This document shows, piece after piece, positions 9,942 to 17,243 of a DNA stretch of 32,000 nt. The translations under genes and the position numbers were made by a program. Origin of the DNA: Candidatus Saccharimonadota bacterium (GTDB lineage: Bacteria > Bacteroidota > Bacteroidia > Cytophagales > Amoebophilaceae); assembly GCF_003351905.1 (NCBI RefSeq), contig NZ_CP022339.1:510001-542000 (forward strand), given 5' to 3'. The notes beneath the pieces are model-generated. The model ran no database searches and was not told the origin of the DNA. It saw nothing but the letters and a program-made list of their open reading frames with translations. Numbering within the stretch: position 1 is the first letter of the stretch; every line of letters starts with the position of its first letter.

Positions 9942-10115
9942 TCAAAAGGCTGTGGAGGGATGCTCTAAAAACGGAAGTTTCCAGTTTTGAAGCGTTTGGC
10001 TCGTGACGCCATATTTGGACGGCAGCTGGGCTAGTGTTAAATCTTCTTTTGGAAAAGCTAATACTATTTTAGTCTTTTCTTCCGAACTAAAATGCCTCAT
10101 CTTTTTTCTTCCCAT
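9942..10115 (-). pseudogene. IS3-family transposase OrfA, HTH part, interrupted by a stop or frameshift
   Basis: The reverse complement reads MGRKKMRHFSSEEKTKIVLAFPKEDLTLAQLPSKYGVTSQTLQNWKLPFLEHPSTAF*. The leucine-zipper part (...KEEISTLKHQNDELAKALGKATVE*) continues in another frame. Confidence 0.7.
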
Positions 10116-10279
10116 CTGATTAATTTATTTTATGACTTTAAAACTAAAGCTTGCGAAAAATAAAGTAAAAAAATTTTGTCTTATTGTTTTAGGCCAGTAT
10201 ACTTACCAAGGTTTATATATATAACTGATGCACAATATTTATATTACAATAATTCATGTTTTACCTATCCAAAAAAGAA

Positions 10280-10477
10280 TTACAAAATAGGAATATGATA
10301 CTTTTCTGTTAACTCTTTTAATATTTCTATTGCCGGTTTAGTAATTACTTTTCCTTTTGTATCTCCCAATACAATAGACCGACTTTGATCAGCTGCTTCT
10401 TTAACCATTTTATAGTTGGCTTTATATACTCCTTCAAGGAGTTTTTTTATAGATGGACTTATTGTATAGATATTCAT
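10280..10477 (-). CDS. Small hypothetical protein (65 aa) immediately downstream of the zeta-like kinase gene
   Basis: Its start lies 4 nt after the upstream stop on the same strand. I recognise no motif. Confidence 0.35.
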   Translation of the reverse strand: MNIYTISPSIKKLLEGVYKANYKMVKEAADQSRSIVLGDTKGKVITKPAIEILKELTEKYHIPIL

Positions 10478-10481
10478 GTTT

Positions 10482-11055
10482 TTATTGTTTACTCTTTTTT
10501 AAGATACTTTCCCAAGTATGCTTATTTATAATTTGTTCTTGACCACTTATTTCTTTATAAGCAATTAGTTCAGGATGAGCATGCTCACTATTAAGAATGA
10601 TCCAATTATCACAAATAGGCAAGTATAGGGTTGTCAAATTTACTATACTCCTTTTATATCTTCTTTCTATTATATCGACAGGAATATTATGACCACCATT
10701 TTCAACTCTTTTTTGAACTCTTTGTTTGGCTATATCAACGGAGCTTAGCCAAAAGTAATATAGGGATATAAGATAATTTTTATTTTTTGCTATTTTTATC
10801 AAGGATACATAGCGCCGACTTGCTAAAGTTGTTTCCAGTGCAAAATTTACCCCTTTTTGTATCAATTCGTTAATGCGAGCGATCATTATTCTTCCCGCTT
10901 GTATAGCAACCTTATCAGGGTTGAAAGGTGATAATCCCCAGGCGATTTGATCAGCATTTACAAACTCTTTACAATGTAACATCTCAGGTAATATAGTAAA
11001 GCTTGCTGTAGTTTTTCCGGCTCCATTAGGTCCAGATATTATATATATGTTTCAT
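10482..11055 (-). pseudogene. Zeta-toxin-like P-loop kinase (COG4185-type AAA ATPase), frameshifted at its 5' end
   Basis: The Walker A sequence IISGPNGAGKTT is encoded in frame upstream of the first in-frame ATG (10982). It is preceded by an in-frame TGA at 11052-11054. The only plausible ATG (11053-11055, MKHIY) is out of frame across a (TA)n run. Confidence 0.65.
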
Positions 11056-11131
11056 TTACTTGCTAATATAATTTGCTCATATTAGATTAACCTGATATTA
11101 TTTTATACCTTCACCCATTCTTTTTTAAATA

Positions 11132-11398
11132 TTTATAGTAAGTAATGGTGCTAAATTGGATATATAAAATAAGTATGGTAATACTCCTTTACATATTGCA
11201 TCAATTAATGGGCATATAAAAATAGTTGATCAATTATTAAATAATGGTGGTAAATTAAATATACAAAATAATAATGGTGATACTCCTTTAATGATCGCAT
11301 ATGATCGTGGGCATAGAGGAATAGCTGAGCGATTAATAACTCAGGCAGCGTGGGATAGAATGTCTCAAGGCCTAAAAAATTATAATTTAAATAATTAG
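11132..11398 (+). pseudogene. Ankyrin-repeat protein gene fragment with no start codon and an internal TAA
   Basis: The translation is ...NGAKLDI*NKYGNTPLHIASINGHIKIVDQLLNNGGKLNIQNNNGDTPLMIAYDRGHRGIAERLI...*. That gives two clear ANK repeat units (G-TPLH-A---GH---V--LL--GA). A stop lies at 11165-11167 and there is no ATG upstream. Confidence 0.7.
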
Positions 11399-11829
11399 AC
11401 ACTAAAGGTTATTAGACATGGAAGAACATTATTAACAATGACTACGTTGGCTTAGTAGATTATAAAGATTTGGAGGAAAAAATTTTGTCCTCTATCCGTT
11501 TAGTTGTAGTAGTTAAGATTTACTCTGACAATTGTTAATTTGAGAAAAACTCTTCCAATCATTACCTTAAAAAGATCGATGCATACAAAACAATAATTAA
11601 ATTATTGGAAAAATAACGAAAGACCCTAACGGGGTACTGTACCATATCCCCCTTGCTTATACAAGCTATAAACAAGAACAGGCCTAGCGTAAGGCTATTT
11701 TTTTATCTCAGTTTTTTTATTAAATTCGGTTTTCCTAATTAATGGTTAAACCACCTTAGTGGTAGGTTAAATACTGGATGCATGCGCATTAAAAACATTT
11801 TATTTTTAAATTGATTATAAACGATAGAT

Positions 11830-12417
11830 ATGAAAGTAATAGAGATTTTAGGGTATAAAAGAGCAAATCTCGGTAAGGTTGAGGCTAAAAAGTTACGAAC
11901 AGCTGCACAAGTTCCGGGTGTGTTGTATGGCGGGTCAGAGCAAGTGCATTTTTATGTGCCTATGGTTTTTTTACGTGATTTGGTTTACACACCTCATGCC
12001 CACTTTGTAGATTTAAATATTGAAGGATCTGTTTACAGGTGTATTCTACAGGAAATGCAATTCCATCCTGTAAGTGAAATGATGTTGCACGTGGATTTCT
12101 TGCAAATTTTTGATGATAAAAAAATTAAAATGCAGATTCCTATTGCCTTTGTTGGTAAAGCGATAGGCGTGGCCAAAGGGGGGGTGCTCTCTAAAAAACA
12201 AAGAAAGTTAACGATTGCTGCTTATCCTAAGGATATGCCATCGATGGTCGATATCGATGTTTCTGATCTGGACTTAGGACAAATTGTACGTGTACACCAA
12301 ATTCCAGTAGAAAACTATACGATTTTAGCCTTACCTAATACACCAGTGGCTTCTATTGAAATTCCAAGGGCATTGCGTAGTGCAGCGAGTAAAGAGGAGA
12401 AAAAAGGTAAAAAGTAG
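11830..12417 (+). CDS. rplY: 50S ribosomal protein L25 / general stress protein Ctc
   Basis: The N terminus ...R...GK..AKKLR....VPGVLYGG... and a 195-aa length with a Lys-rich tail fit the L25/Ctc form. Confidence 0.9.
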   Translation: MKVIEILGYKRANLGKVEAKKLRTAAQVPGVLYGGSEQVHFYVPMVFLRDLVYTPHAHFVDLNIEGSVYRCILQEMQFHPVSEMMLHVDFLQIFDDKKIKMQIPIAFVGKAIGVAKGGVLSKKQRKLTIAAYPKDMPSMVDIDVSDLDLGQIVRVHQIPVENYTILALPNTPVASIEIPRALRSAASKEEKKGKK

Positions 12418-12509
12418 CAAATCACCTTTTGTAAGTTTCAAAAAAAGTCTAACGGAATTGGCTGGAAGGATAGCGGAGCAGCTATTGGTATCCGCGTATA
12501 AAATAGTCT

Positions 12510-13067
12510 ATGAAGGTATTGTTAGTTGGCTTGGGTAATATTGGTGCAGCATATGTTTATACCAGACATAATCTAGGCTTTTTAGTAGTGGACCATCTAG
12601 CAGCTCAACAAAAAGTTGCATTTCAAGTAGGTAGGTTGGCTGCTGTTGCCTTTTTTGCTTACAACCATCATCAAGTCTATATGATCAAGCCTACAACCTA
12701 TATGAATGACAGTGGTCGGTCCGTTAGGTATTGGTTGCATCACTTAAACATCCCTATTGAGCAGAGTTTAACGGTTGTAGATGATAGCACGCTTCCTTTC
12801 GGTACGATGCGTTTGCGGGCCAAGGGTTCTCATGCAGGCCATAATGGCTTAAAAAGTATCGCTGAGGCTTTAGTTTCAGATCACTACCCTCGTCTTCGCG
12901 TGGGTATTGGGAATGATTTCCCTAAAGGGGGGCTTGCCGATTTTGTATTGGCCAATTTTAATACAAAAGAATTACAAGATATGGATGGCCACTTAGATAG
13001 GGCAAGCCAAATATTGATGGCTTGGTGCAATAAAGGCATGGTCCATGCGATGAACCAGTTTAACTAA
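12510..13067 (+). CDS. pth: Peptidyl-tRNA hydrolase
   Basis: MKVLLVGLGNIG..Y..TRHNLGF...KP.TYMN.SG......DD..LPFG..RLR.KGS.AGHNGLKSI is classic Pth. Confidence 0.92.
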   Translation: MKVLLVGLGNIGAAYVYTRHNLGFLVVDHLAAQQKVAFQVGRLAAVAFFAYNHHQVYMIKPTTYMNDSGRSVRYWLHHLNIPIEQSLTVVDDSTLPFGTMRLRAKGSHAGHNGLKSIAEALVSDHYPRLRVGIGNDFPKGGLADFVLANFNTKELQDMDGHLDRASQILMAWCNKGMVHAMNQFN

Positions 13068-13072
13068 ATACT

Positions 13073-13341
13073 GTATGTATTCAGCGCGCGTATGTGCTCA
13101 GCGCAATGGTTTTTTGCGTCAAAAAAACCGCCCCTGTAAAAAGCCACTGAAAGTGGCATCATACAGATGATTAGGAAAAACAGTTTCCTTTGAAGCCCCC
13201 CGTAGGGGGCGCTTTCTGTTTTTCTATCTGTTAAGATGACACTTTCAGCGGATTTTTACCAAGGGCTTGATTTTTGTCCACTTTTTTATCAAGAAAAAAG
13301 TGGGATAAAATTGATTATTAACCAGTATCGTGAACAGGTAC
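13073..13341 (+). repeat. Palindromic MITE-like element, copy B (269 bp, with its 17-bp head duplicated in tandem)
   Basis: It begins 5 nt after the pth stop. The head GTATGTATTCAGCGCGC is repeated as GTATGTGCTCAGCGCA. The two arms are inverted copies around the tip hairpin at 13195-13210. The tail is ...CCAGTATCGTGAACAGGTAC. Confidence 0.85.
13195..13223 (+). terminator. Possible intrinsic terminator formed by the repeat's tip hairpin, downstream of pth
   Basis: The stem is GCCCCC-CGTA-GGGGGC and is followed by the T-rich tail GCTTTCTGTTTTT. Confidence 0.3.
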
Positions 13342-13573
13342 TAAGCATTGATCACCCCTTTATTATTGTTTCTAGCTAGTGTTGCCATACGGCTGAATGG
13401 ATATAAAATAATTAGCATAAAAAGGTTTTTGTATCTATCTATTTGATAGACTAGAACCTACCATCTACCTAAATGGATCGTGCTATATGTCCCGTATAGC
13501 TTGCTTTGTATCTTTTGTTATCGAGTACTTGGCCATATAACCCTGACCAGCTATTTATTTAGTTTTATAAAAA

Positions 13574-13861
13574 TTATACTGAACCAGCAGCTTTAATTTT
13601 TGCTGCAAAGAATTTAGAATGCTTAAAAAATGGGATGTAGTGTTCTTCTACCACGATAGCCGTATTGGTACTAATATTGCGTCCAATTTTTTTAGCTCTC
13701 TTTTTTTTAGAGAAACTACCAAATCCACTAAAATGCACCCGATGATTATCTGTTACAGCACTTTGAATCACACGAAATAATTCATCTAACGTATTTTTGA
13801 CATCTTCTTTATCAATACCCGTTTTACGGGAAATTGCTAAAATTACCTCTGCTTTAGTCAT
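13574..13861 (-). CDS. hup: HU/IHF-family DNA-binding protein
   Basis: MTKAEVILAISRKTGI.KEDV...LDELF..I......N.RV.FSGFGSF..KKRA.K.GRN..T is the HU fold signature. The product is 95 aa. Confidence 0.9.
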   Translation of the reverse strand: MTKAEVILAISRKTGIDKEDVKNTLDELFRVIQSAVTDNHRVHFSGFGSFSKKKRAKKIGRNISTNTAIVVEEHYIPFFKHSKFFAAKIKAAGSV

Positions 13862-14049
13862 AGTATATACTGATTTAAAAATGATACAGCCATTTAGGTT
13901 GATGAGTGGGTGGCTATTAGCCCAATCAACACCTTTATATAGATAACAAGTTCATTATCATGCTATGAATTTACATGAGAGAGTTTTAACTTGCAATTAT
14001 TTTTCTATATAAAACGATTATTATTTTTGATAAATAGTAATTTATGCCT

Positions 14050-14057
14050 TACATTTG
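14050..14057 (+). promoter_or_regulatory. TAnnTTTG -7-like element upstream of tRNA-Asp
   Basis: TACATTTG lies 33 nt upstream of the tRNA 5' end. Confidence 0.3.
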
Positions 14058-14089
14058 TATTCGAATGTAACACTTTATGTAAGTTTTAA

Positions 14090-14163
14090 GGTCTGGTAGT
14101 TCAGTTGGTTAGAATGCCTGCCTGTCACGTAGGAGGTCGCGGGTTCGAGTCCCGTCCAGACCG
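14090..14163 (+). tRNA. tRNA-Asp (anticodon GUC)
   Basis: The cloverleaf has acceptor GGTCTGG/CCAGACC, anticodon stem CCTGC/GTAGG with loop CTGTCAC, and T arm GCGGG-TTCGAGT-CCCGT. It is 74 nt long. Confidence 0.9.
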
Positions 14164-14313
14164 CTTCTATCCCGTATGAGATAGAAACATAGCTCCTCTT
14201 AAAAAATAATAGATATATAGTATCCTATTAAAATGGATAGGCTATTTATATGCATGCAAATTTTTGGTATGGCCTAATGCTTTAGGCTATTTTTTCTCTC
14301 TTTTATTGTCGTA

Positions 14314-14778
14314 TTGCGCATGATTCAAAGAATTCAATCCCTTTATTTGGGGGTAGTCTGTATGGCTATGGTTGCCTTCCTGAAGGTTTCAGTTTGGGTG
14401 AAAGTAGATTGGGATCATGCTTATACCATGAAGTCTTATGCACTGATCGTTTCTACGGGGCAGCATATTATATTCCCTTATGCTGCATCTGCTTTATTAG
14501 CCTGTTGTCTTTTGGTAACCGCAGCATATACCATTATACGGCATGATAATAGAAAGTTACAACTTCGTTTAGTTGCTGGTATAGGCCGTATATTGGTTCT
14601 ATTGCTTCTCTTGATCTTTATGCTGATTAAAAAAGCTGATGCAGCCTATCTACTGGGTGGATGTGGCAGCTATCCAATAGGTATTGTACTGCCTATTATC
14701 GCCTTAATAGCTACTTTATTTGCACGATATCATATTAAAAAAGACGAGCAACTCGTTAATGAAGATCGCTTAAGGTAA
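14314..14778 (+). CDS. DUF4293-like integral membrane protein
   Basis: The MIQRIQSLYL N terminus is characteristic of Bacteroidota DUF4293. It has about four hydrophobic helices. The start may be the Met at 14320. Confidence 0.65.
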   Translation: MRMIQRIQSLYLGVVCMAMVAFLKVSVWVKVDWDHAYTMKSYALIVSTGQHIIFPYAASALLACCLLVTAAYTIIRHDNRKLQLRLVAGIGRILVLLLLLIFMLIKKADAAYLLGGCGSYPIGIVLPIIALIATLFARYHIKKDEQLVNEDRLR

Positions 14779-14922
14779 GGGGATCGTACTTTTTGTTTGA
14801 TCAAAGGCATACATTGATTCAAGAGGTAAGGAAGTGTTCCCTCAATGGCGTTAACTTAAGGAATATATTTTATTGACTGTCAAATAAAAGTGTGTATTTA
14901 CGACACGGGGTAGCAAGGCAGT

Positions 14923-14981
14923 TTTATTTTTACCTTTGTCTTGATAAGAAAGTAAAAATAAATCAAGCCCTTGGCAAAAAG
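14923..14981 (-). repeat. Degenerate fragment of the palindromic element (copy E), abutting the tRNA-Arg 3' end
   Basis: TTTATTTTTACCTTTGTCTTGATAAGAAAGTAAAAATAAATCAAGCCCTTGGCAAAAAGT aligns with 28539-28597 of copy D (TTTATCCCACTTTTTTCTTGATAAAAAAGTGGACAAAAAATCAAGCCCTGGGTAAAAAGT). Confidence 0.55.
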
Positions 14982-15055
14982 TGCGCTCGGAAGGACTCGA
15001 ACCCTCAACCTTCGGAGCCGAAATCCGACGTTCTATCCGGTTGAACTACGAGCGC
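14982..15055 (-). tRNA. tRNA-Arg (anticodon UCG)
   Basis: The reverse complement folds as GCGCTCG-TA-GTTC-AACCGGATA-GAAC-G-TCGGA-TTTCGGC-TCCGA-AGGTT-GAGGG-TTCGAGT-CCTTC-CGAGCGC-A. It is 74 nt long. Confidence 0.85.
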
Positions 15056-15138
15056 TCAATCAAAATTTTATATATTGGCTATTGTTTTTAAGCTTACTTA
15101 AAAAGTAGCAATAAATATACAAAATCTTATACACATAT

Positions 15139-15795
15139 ATGCTTGTAGCCAAAGCAATTTGTAAATCTTATCATGGATATGAGCTTTTAAAGCAGATCAA
15201 TTTATCTGTCCATACTGGAGAAATGGTGGCTATTATGGGGCCCTCTGGTGCTGGTAAAACTACTTTACTACAGCTTTTATCTACCTTAGATAAGCCAGAT
15301 AGTGGTGCCTTAACACTCGATGCCATAGATCTTATAACGCTCAAGGGTAATGCCTTGGCCACCTTTAGAAATAAAAAAACAGGGTTTGTCTTTCAGTTTC
15401 ACAACCTTTTGCCCGAATTTACACTTTTTGAGAATATTTGTATCCCCGGTTATATTGCCGCCTTGCCTAAAGCGGAAGTAGTACAAAAGGCTGATGCTCT
15501 TTTGTCTTTACTAGGCATTAGCCATTGCAAAAATCACCTACCCGAGGCGGTGTCTGGCGGAGAACGGCAACGTACAGCTATCGCTAGGGCATTGATCAAC
15601 GATCCATCTATTATTTTTGCGGATGAGCCAACTGGTAACCTGGATGATAAAAATGCAGAGCGGTTGCATGCACTCTTCTTGGGGCTCTCCAAACGTTTCA
15701 AGCAAACTTTCGTTTTGGTAACGCATAATCAATCGTTGGCAGCTATTGCAGATAGAATTTTATTACTAGAAAATGGTATATTGCAGCCAGCGTAA
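15139..15795 (+). CDS. ABC transporter ATP-binding protein, LolD/MacB-ATPase-like
   Basis: Walker A is GPSGAGKTT, the signature is VSGGERQR and Walker B is IIFADEPTGNLD. FRNKKTGFVFQFHNLLPEFT is typical of the LolD-like subfamily. Confidence 0.85.
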   Translation: MLVAKAICKSYHGYELLKQINLSVHTGEMVAIMGPSGAGKTTLLQLLSTLDKPDSGALTLDAIDLITLKGNALATFRNKKTGFVFQFHNLLPEFTLFENICIPGYIAALPKAEVVQKADALLSLLGISHCKNHLPEAVSGGERQRTAIARALINDPSIIFADEPTGNLDDKNAERLHALFLGLSKRFKQTFVLVTHNQSLAAIADRILLLENGILQPA

Positions 15796-15968
15796 AGTGG
15801 CTGTATGGACAATATGGCAGGCTGTCCTGCTTTTCGCAAATCCCATTTCACCTTGTATGAAACGGTTGTTCTCCATGGTTAGGAGCATATATGTGACTCA
15901 ATAACCCGTTGCATAACCTGTTGCCAGATTATAAGGGATATAGTGTCCATTTAACTCAGTAAGCTCGT

Positions 15969-16979
15969 ATGACTCAATCTGTCCAGGCGGTTTTACAAGA
16001 CCTGCAAAAAGGGATCTATCTTCCTGTCTATTTTTTGCAAGGGGAGGAGGTATACTATATCGATGCTATTACGCAACATATCGAAGAGAAACTGCTTGCA
16101 CCAGCTGAAAAAACCTTTAACCTAACCATTGCCTATGGCAAGGAATCCAGTATGGCAGCTTTACTTACCCAAGCACGCCGTTTCCCAATGGCTGCTGCGC
16201 TACAAGTGGTTATCGTGAAAGAAGCACAAGAGATGGCAGACTTAAAAAACACGGTAGGGCAACGGTTATTGTTGCATTATTTGCAGCATCCACAGCCTAC
16301 TACGTTATTGGTTTTTGCATATAAATATAAAACTATAGATGGCCGCAGTACATTTGGTAAAGCCTTAAGTAAACATAGTATACTGATTACCTCTAAAAAA
16401 CTATATGATCAGCAACTGCCTGCTTTTATCCAAGCTTTTGTAGAAAACCTAAAGCTGTTTATAACAGAGCAAGCCATTTGCTTAGTAGAAGCCTATATAG
16501 GTAACGATCTAACACGAATCGCTAGTGAACTGCATAAATTGCATATTAACCTTACGCCAGGTAGTACCATTACGGATGGCATGGTAGAAGCCTATATAGG
16601 TCTGCAAAAACCCTTCAATGTATTTGAATTACAAAAGGCCATTATGCAAAAAGATTACCCGAAAAGCTACCAAATCATTAGCGTTTCCAAGGAACATGCT
16701 GCCCTACCTATGGTCACCATTTTATACAACCTGTTCGCTAAGCTGCTTATATTGCACCAAACAAAAGAAACCATTCCTACGAAGCTTGCGGGGCAAATTG
16801 ATATACATCCCTATTTTATACAAGGCTATCTCGATGCAGTGCAGAACTATACGTTGCACCAAACCATGGACAATATAACCTATCTGCATCAAGCTGATCT
16901 GCAATTAAAGGGCATTGATGCCAATGTAAGTGAGGAACAGATTATGAAAGCCTTAATCTTTAAGTTAATGCACCCTTAA
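15969..16979 (+). CDS. holA: DNA polymerase III subunit delta
   Basis: The product is 336 aa. The N terminus ...PVYFLQGEE.YYID.I...IE and the overall layout match HolA of Bacteroidota. Confidence 0.75.
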   Translation: MTQSVQAVLQDLQKGIYLPVYFLQGEEVYYIDAITQHIEEKLLAPAEKTFNLTIAYGKESSMAALLTQARRFPMAAALQVVIVKEAQEMADLKNTVGQRLLLHYLQHPQPTTLLVFAYKYKTIDGRSTFGKALSKHSILITSKKLYDQQLPAFIQAFVENLKLFITEQAICLVEAYIGNDLTRIASELHKLHINLTPGSTITDGMVEAYIGLQKPFNVFELQKAIMQKDYPKSYQIISVSKEHAALPMVTILYNLFAKLLILHQTKETIPTKLAGQIDIHPYFIQGYLDAVQNYTLHQTMDNITYLHQADLQLKGIDANVSEEQIMKALIFKLMHP

Positions 16980-17243
16980 TGGAAGGAGTGCAACCAATTG
17001 GAAGGGATGCAGTGGGTATGCATTTTCTTATAAAAAATGTAAAAGCGCCTGCACAACGTAGTAAGATAACCTAGAAATCCCTATTTTGGATAGGTGATAT
17101 TTTAGTCATGCGTATAGATGCGGCCAGTAAGCATCTGTCTCAACGGAGCAGCAGGGTAGCTACGCCGTTGCATGGTGGAGGATGCCTTGTCTGTGTGCCA
17201 AGACGACTACAAAAAAGTGCTTATTATTGAACCTAATGTACCG

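Larger units (their letters stand above)
9577..10200 (-). mobile_element. Internally deleted IS3-family insertion sequence remnant that keeps both terminal inverted repeats
   Basis: The left end TATACTGGCCTGAATTTTTCGGACATTTTTTTTACTT matches the reverse complement of the right end, TATACTGGCCTAAAACAATAAGACAAAATTTTTTTACTT. The interior holds only a broken orfA and about 65 codons of the orfB 3' end. Confidence 0.75.

Noticed and set aside
11205-11402. A 65-aa minus-strand ORF
   Set aside because: It is antisense to the ankyrin-repeat fragment. The plus-strand frame gives textbook ANK units, whereas this frame gives low-complexity Y/H/L sequence.
11477-11505. A possible solo IS terminal repeat (AAAAAATTTTGTC... 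resembles 10165-10190 of the IS3 remnant)
   Set aside because: Only a low-complexity A/T-rich 13-mer is identical, and the similarity needs gaps afterwards. In AT-rich DNA this is not distinguishable from chance without a genome-wide search.
12356-12538. A 60-aa ORF bridging rplY and pth
   Set aside because: It overlaps the 3' end of rplY and the 5' end of pth in other frames, and nothing supports it.
15171-15732. Antisense ORFs inside the lolD-like gene (15171-15362 and 15538-15732), and similar nested ORFs in holA (16618-16878, 16722-16904), the TPR gene (18881-19063), tpiA/pdhB (24364-24624, 24762-24986, 25122-25322), trmH (29381-29686), tolC (30821-31054) and the ABC ATPase (31567-31797)
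   Set aside because: Each lies within a gene whose product has unambiguous family motifs in another frame or on the other strand.
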